DNA from: Mobula hypostoma
Lineage: Eukaryota
Reading direction: 5' to 3'
Length of the DNA stretch: 64,000 nt
Assembly: GCF_963921235.1 (NCBI RefSeq)
Contig: NC_086098.1
Location: 6,758,001 to 6,822,000 of the forward strand
Shown: in pieces, positions 62,127 to 64,000 of the stretch
Layout: every line of letters begins with the position of its first letter
Position numbering within the stretch: position 1 is the stretch's first letter
Notes under the pieces: model-generated
Told to the model about the DNA's origin: nothing
Database searches by the model: none
Seen by the model: the letters and a program-made list of their open reading frames with translations, nothing else
Made by a program: the position numbers and the translations under genes

Positions 62127-63429
62127 ATACACCCCAAAACAAACATGGAAATAATATAAGAAAATACAAATAAGGAAGTGTAAAAGCAAGGTTAAATAAA
62201 CAGGTTTTGAGTTGCTGTTTAAAACTGTTGACCAAGTCTGAATGACATTACTATGATGTGAAATTAGTTGTTTTGTGGCAGCAGTACTGTGCAAGATGCA
62301 GAAAGTTCTATAAGTTACAAAAATGAATGGTGCAAATGAGGACTAGCGGGGTAGTGTACACCGTGGTAACGTCATGGTTAGCGTGACGCTGTTATATCTC
62401 CAGGTATTCTGGAGTTCAAAGTTCAATTCCTTCAGGAGTTTGTATGTTCTCCCCGGGAACTGTTGTTGTTTCCTCCAGGAGTTCCAGTTTCCCCAAAGTT
62501 CAAAGGCATACTGGTCAGTAGGTTAATTGTTCATTGAAAATTGTCCTGTGATTTGTTTATTCATTATGTGCTGTGTCGTATGATGTGGACGATCATGGTC
62601 TTTCCATGACCCTGATAGCTCTTGGCAAATGTTTCTACGGAAGTGGTTGCCATTGCCTTCTTCTGGGCACTGTCTTTACGAGACGGGTGATCCCAGCCAT
62701 TACCAATACTCTTCAGAGATCGCCTGATGTCAGTGGTCGCATAACCGGGACGTGTGATGTGCACCAGCACCACCAGGGCCATTTAAGAGACTTTTAGATA
62801 GGCACATGGATAATAGATAAATGGAGGCCTGTGTAGGGTTAGATTGCTCTTCAAGTTGGTTAAAAGGTTGGCACAACATCTTGGGCTGAATGACTGTACT
62901 GTGCTGTAAAGTTCTATGGTCTGTGCTCTGCGTTCAGACAAAATGCTCTCCACAATACATTTGTAGAAATTTGCTGGAGCCTTTGGTGACATACCAAATC
63001 TCCTCAAACTCCTAATGAAGTAATAGCTGAAGGTGTGCCTTTTTCATAACTGCATCTATATGTTGGACCCGGGATTATCTCTGAGACATTTGCACCCAGG
63101 ATCTTCATGAATAGAGTAGCAGGGTGATACCATTCATTTGAATGGTGTCACTTGGAGAAATTGAAAGTCTAAGTGCTTTATTTTTCAGGAGGTTGGGGTG
63201 GTGCACATGCTTCTGTCTACACCAAGGGTGCTGGGTAGAGCAGGTTGAGAGATTCAGGTTCCTTGGTGTGAACATCATGGGCTGTTGTGGTCCAGTCACA
63301 TTGGTGAGGCTTAATTTAGGGTATTGTGTGCAGTTCTATTACCAACGGGAAAGAGATCAATAAGATTGTAAGAGTACACAGAAAATTTACCTGACCTGCT
63401 GAGTTCCTCCAGCATTTTGTGTATTTTGC

Positions 63430-63750
63430 TGGGACTTGAGGACATGTTTATCAGGAAAGATTATATATATATTGAAAGGAGATGCAGGGGGCAAGTTTCT
63501 TCTTGAAAGCACAGAAAGTGATGGGTGGCTGGAATGTGCCGCCTGGGGTGGTGGTAGAGACAGATACATGGGGAATTTTAAGAGACATTTAGGTAGCCTC
63601 ATGACTGTGAGGACAATAGAAGGATATGAACATTGTGTAGGGAGAGGGTATTAGTTTAGTTGTCCATTTGGATATTAATTTCTTTGGTTCGCACAACATT
63701 GTGGGCTGAAGGGCTCGTTTCTGTGCTGTACTAATCTATGTTCTATATTC
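63430..63750 (+). mobile_element. CR1 3' UTR fragment
   Basis: tttaagagacatttagg..cacaacattgtgggctgaagggc..tctatgttctat. Confidence 0.7.
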
Positions 63751-64000
63751 TAGGTTAGGAGTTTATTTCTTTTTACATGTCTCTGGCCACACGAGGCCTA
63801 GTCGCTGTTAGTGTATTCTTCACCTAGCAGTAAAGCCACCGAATGACGACTCAAAACTTTTGGAACCTGAATCAACGTAAAGATGGATATGTAAATAACA
63901 CAGGCGGCCTTTAAATTGTGTCAAAAATAAACATTGGATATAAATATCTACAGGGAAGACATTGAATACGAACATTAGAGGCTCTGATGCCTCTAAGTTG

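Larger units (their letters stand above)
61484..62245 (-). mobile_element. L2 3' tail ((TAA)n; 61484-61566 and 62127-62245) split by the RTE-derived insertion
   Basis: Reverse complement matches the L2 tail at 43620-43688. Confidence 0.65.

Noticed and set aside
61531..62294. 207-aa and overlapping ORFs
   Set aside because: They cross repeat boundaries, have no domain signal and are explained by GC-rich non-coding element sequence.
14460..64000. Search for the next Eph exon (CxxGFYK...CxxCP)
   Set aside because: No matching AG/GT-bounded segment found by eye; consistent with the very long intron usual at this position.

Overview
Eukaryotic, repeat-dense genomic DNA, most likely from a cartilaginous fish such as a ray or shark. 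This is inferred from the mix of CR1, Rex1/Babar, V-SINE and Penelope repeats and cannot be proven here. Only one host coding exon is visible: a 670-nt, AG/GT-bounded, + strand exon (13722-14391) encoding the ephrin ligand-binding and Cys-rich region of an EphA receptor of the EphA7/EphA10 clade (equivalent to exon 3). The rest appears to be intron, packed with decayed and often nested mobile elements: CR1, Rex1/Babar, L2 and RTE-derived non-LTR elements, Penelope-like fragments, tRNA-derived SINEs, a Tc1 transposon, Tc1-derived and hAT-type MITEs, and mini/microsatellites. The most interesting signals are two classes of candidate self-cleaving RNA. (1) A complete HDV-like double pseudoknot sits at the exact 5' terminus of a non-autonomous RTE-derived element (61942-62126, - strand), with an atypical hairpin inserted in loop L3. 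(2) Minimal type I hammerhead motifs occur in Penelope-like termini, which here repeatedly form short foldback elements, one with a 14-bp target duplication. Repeat family names come from recalled motifs, not database searches, and most repeat boundaries are approximate.
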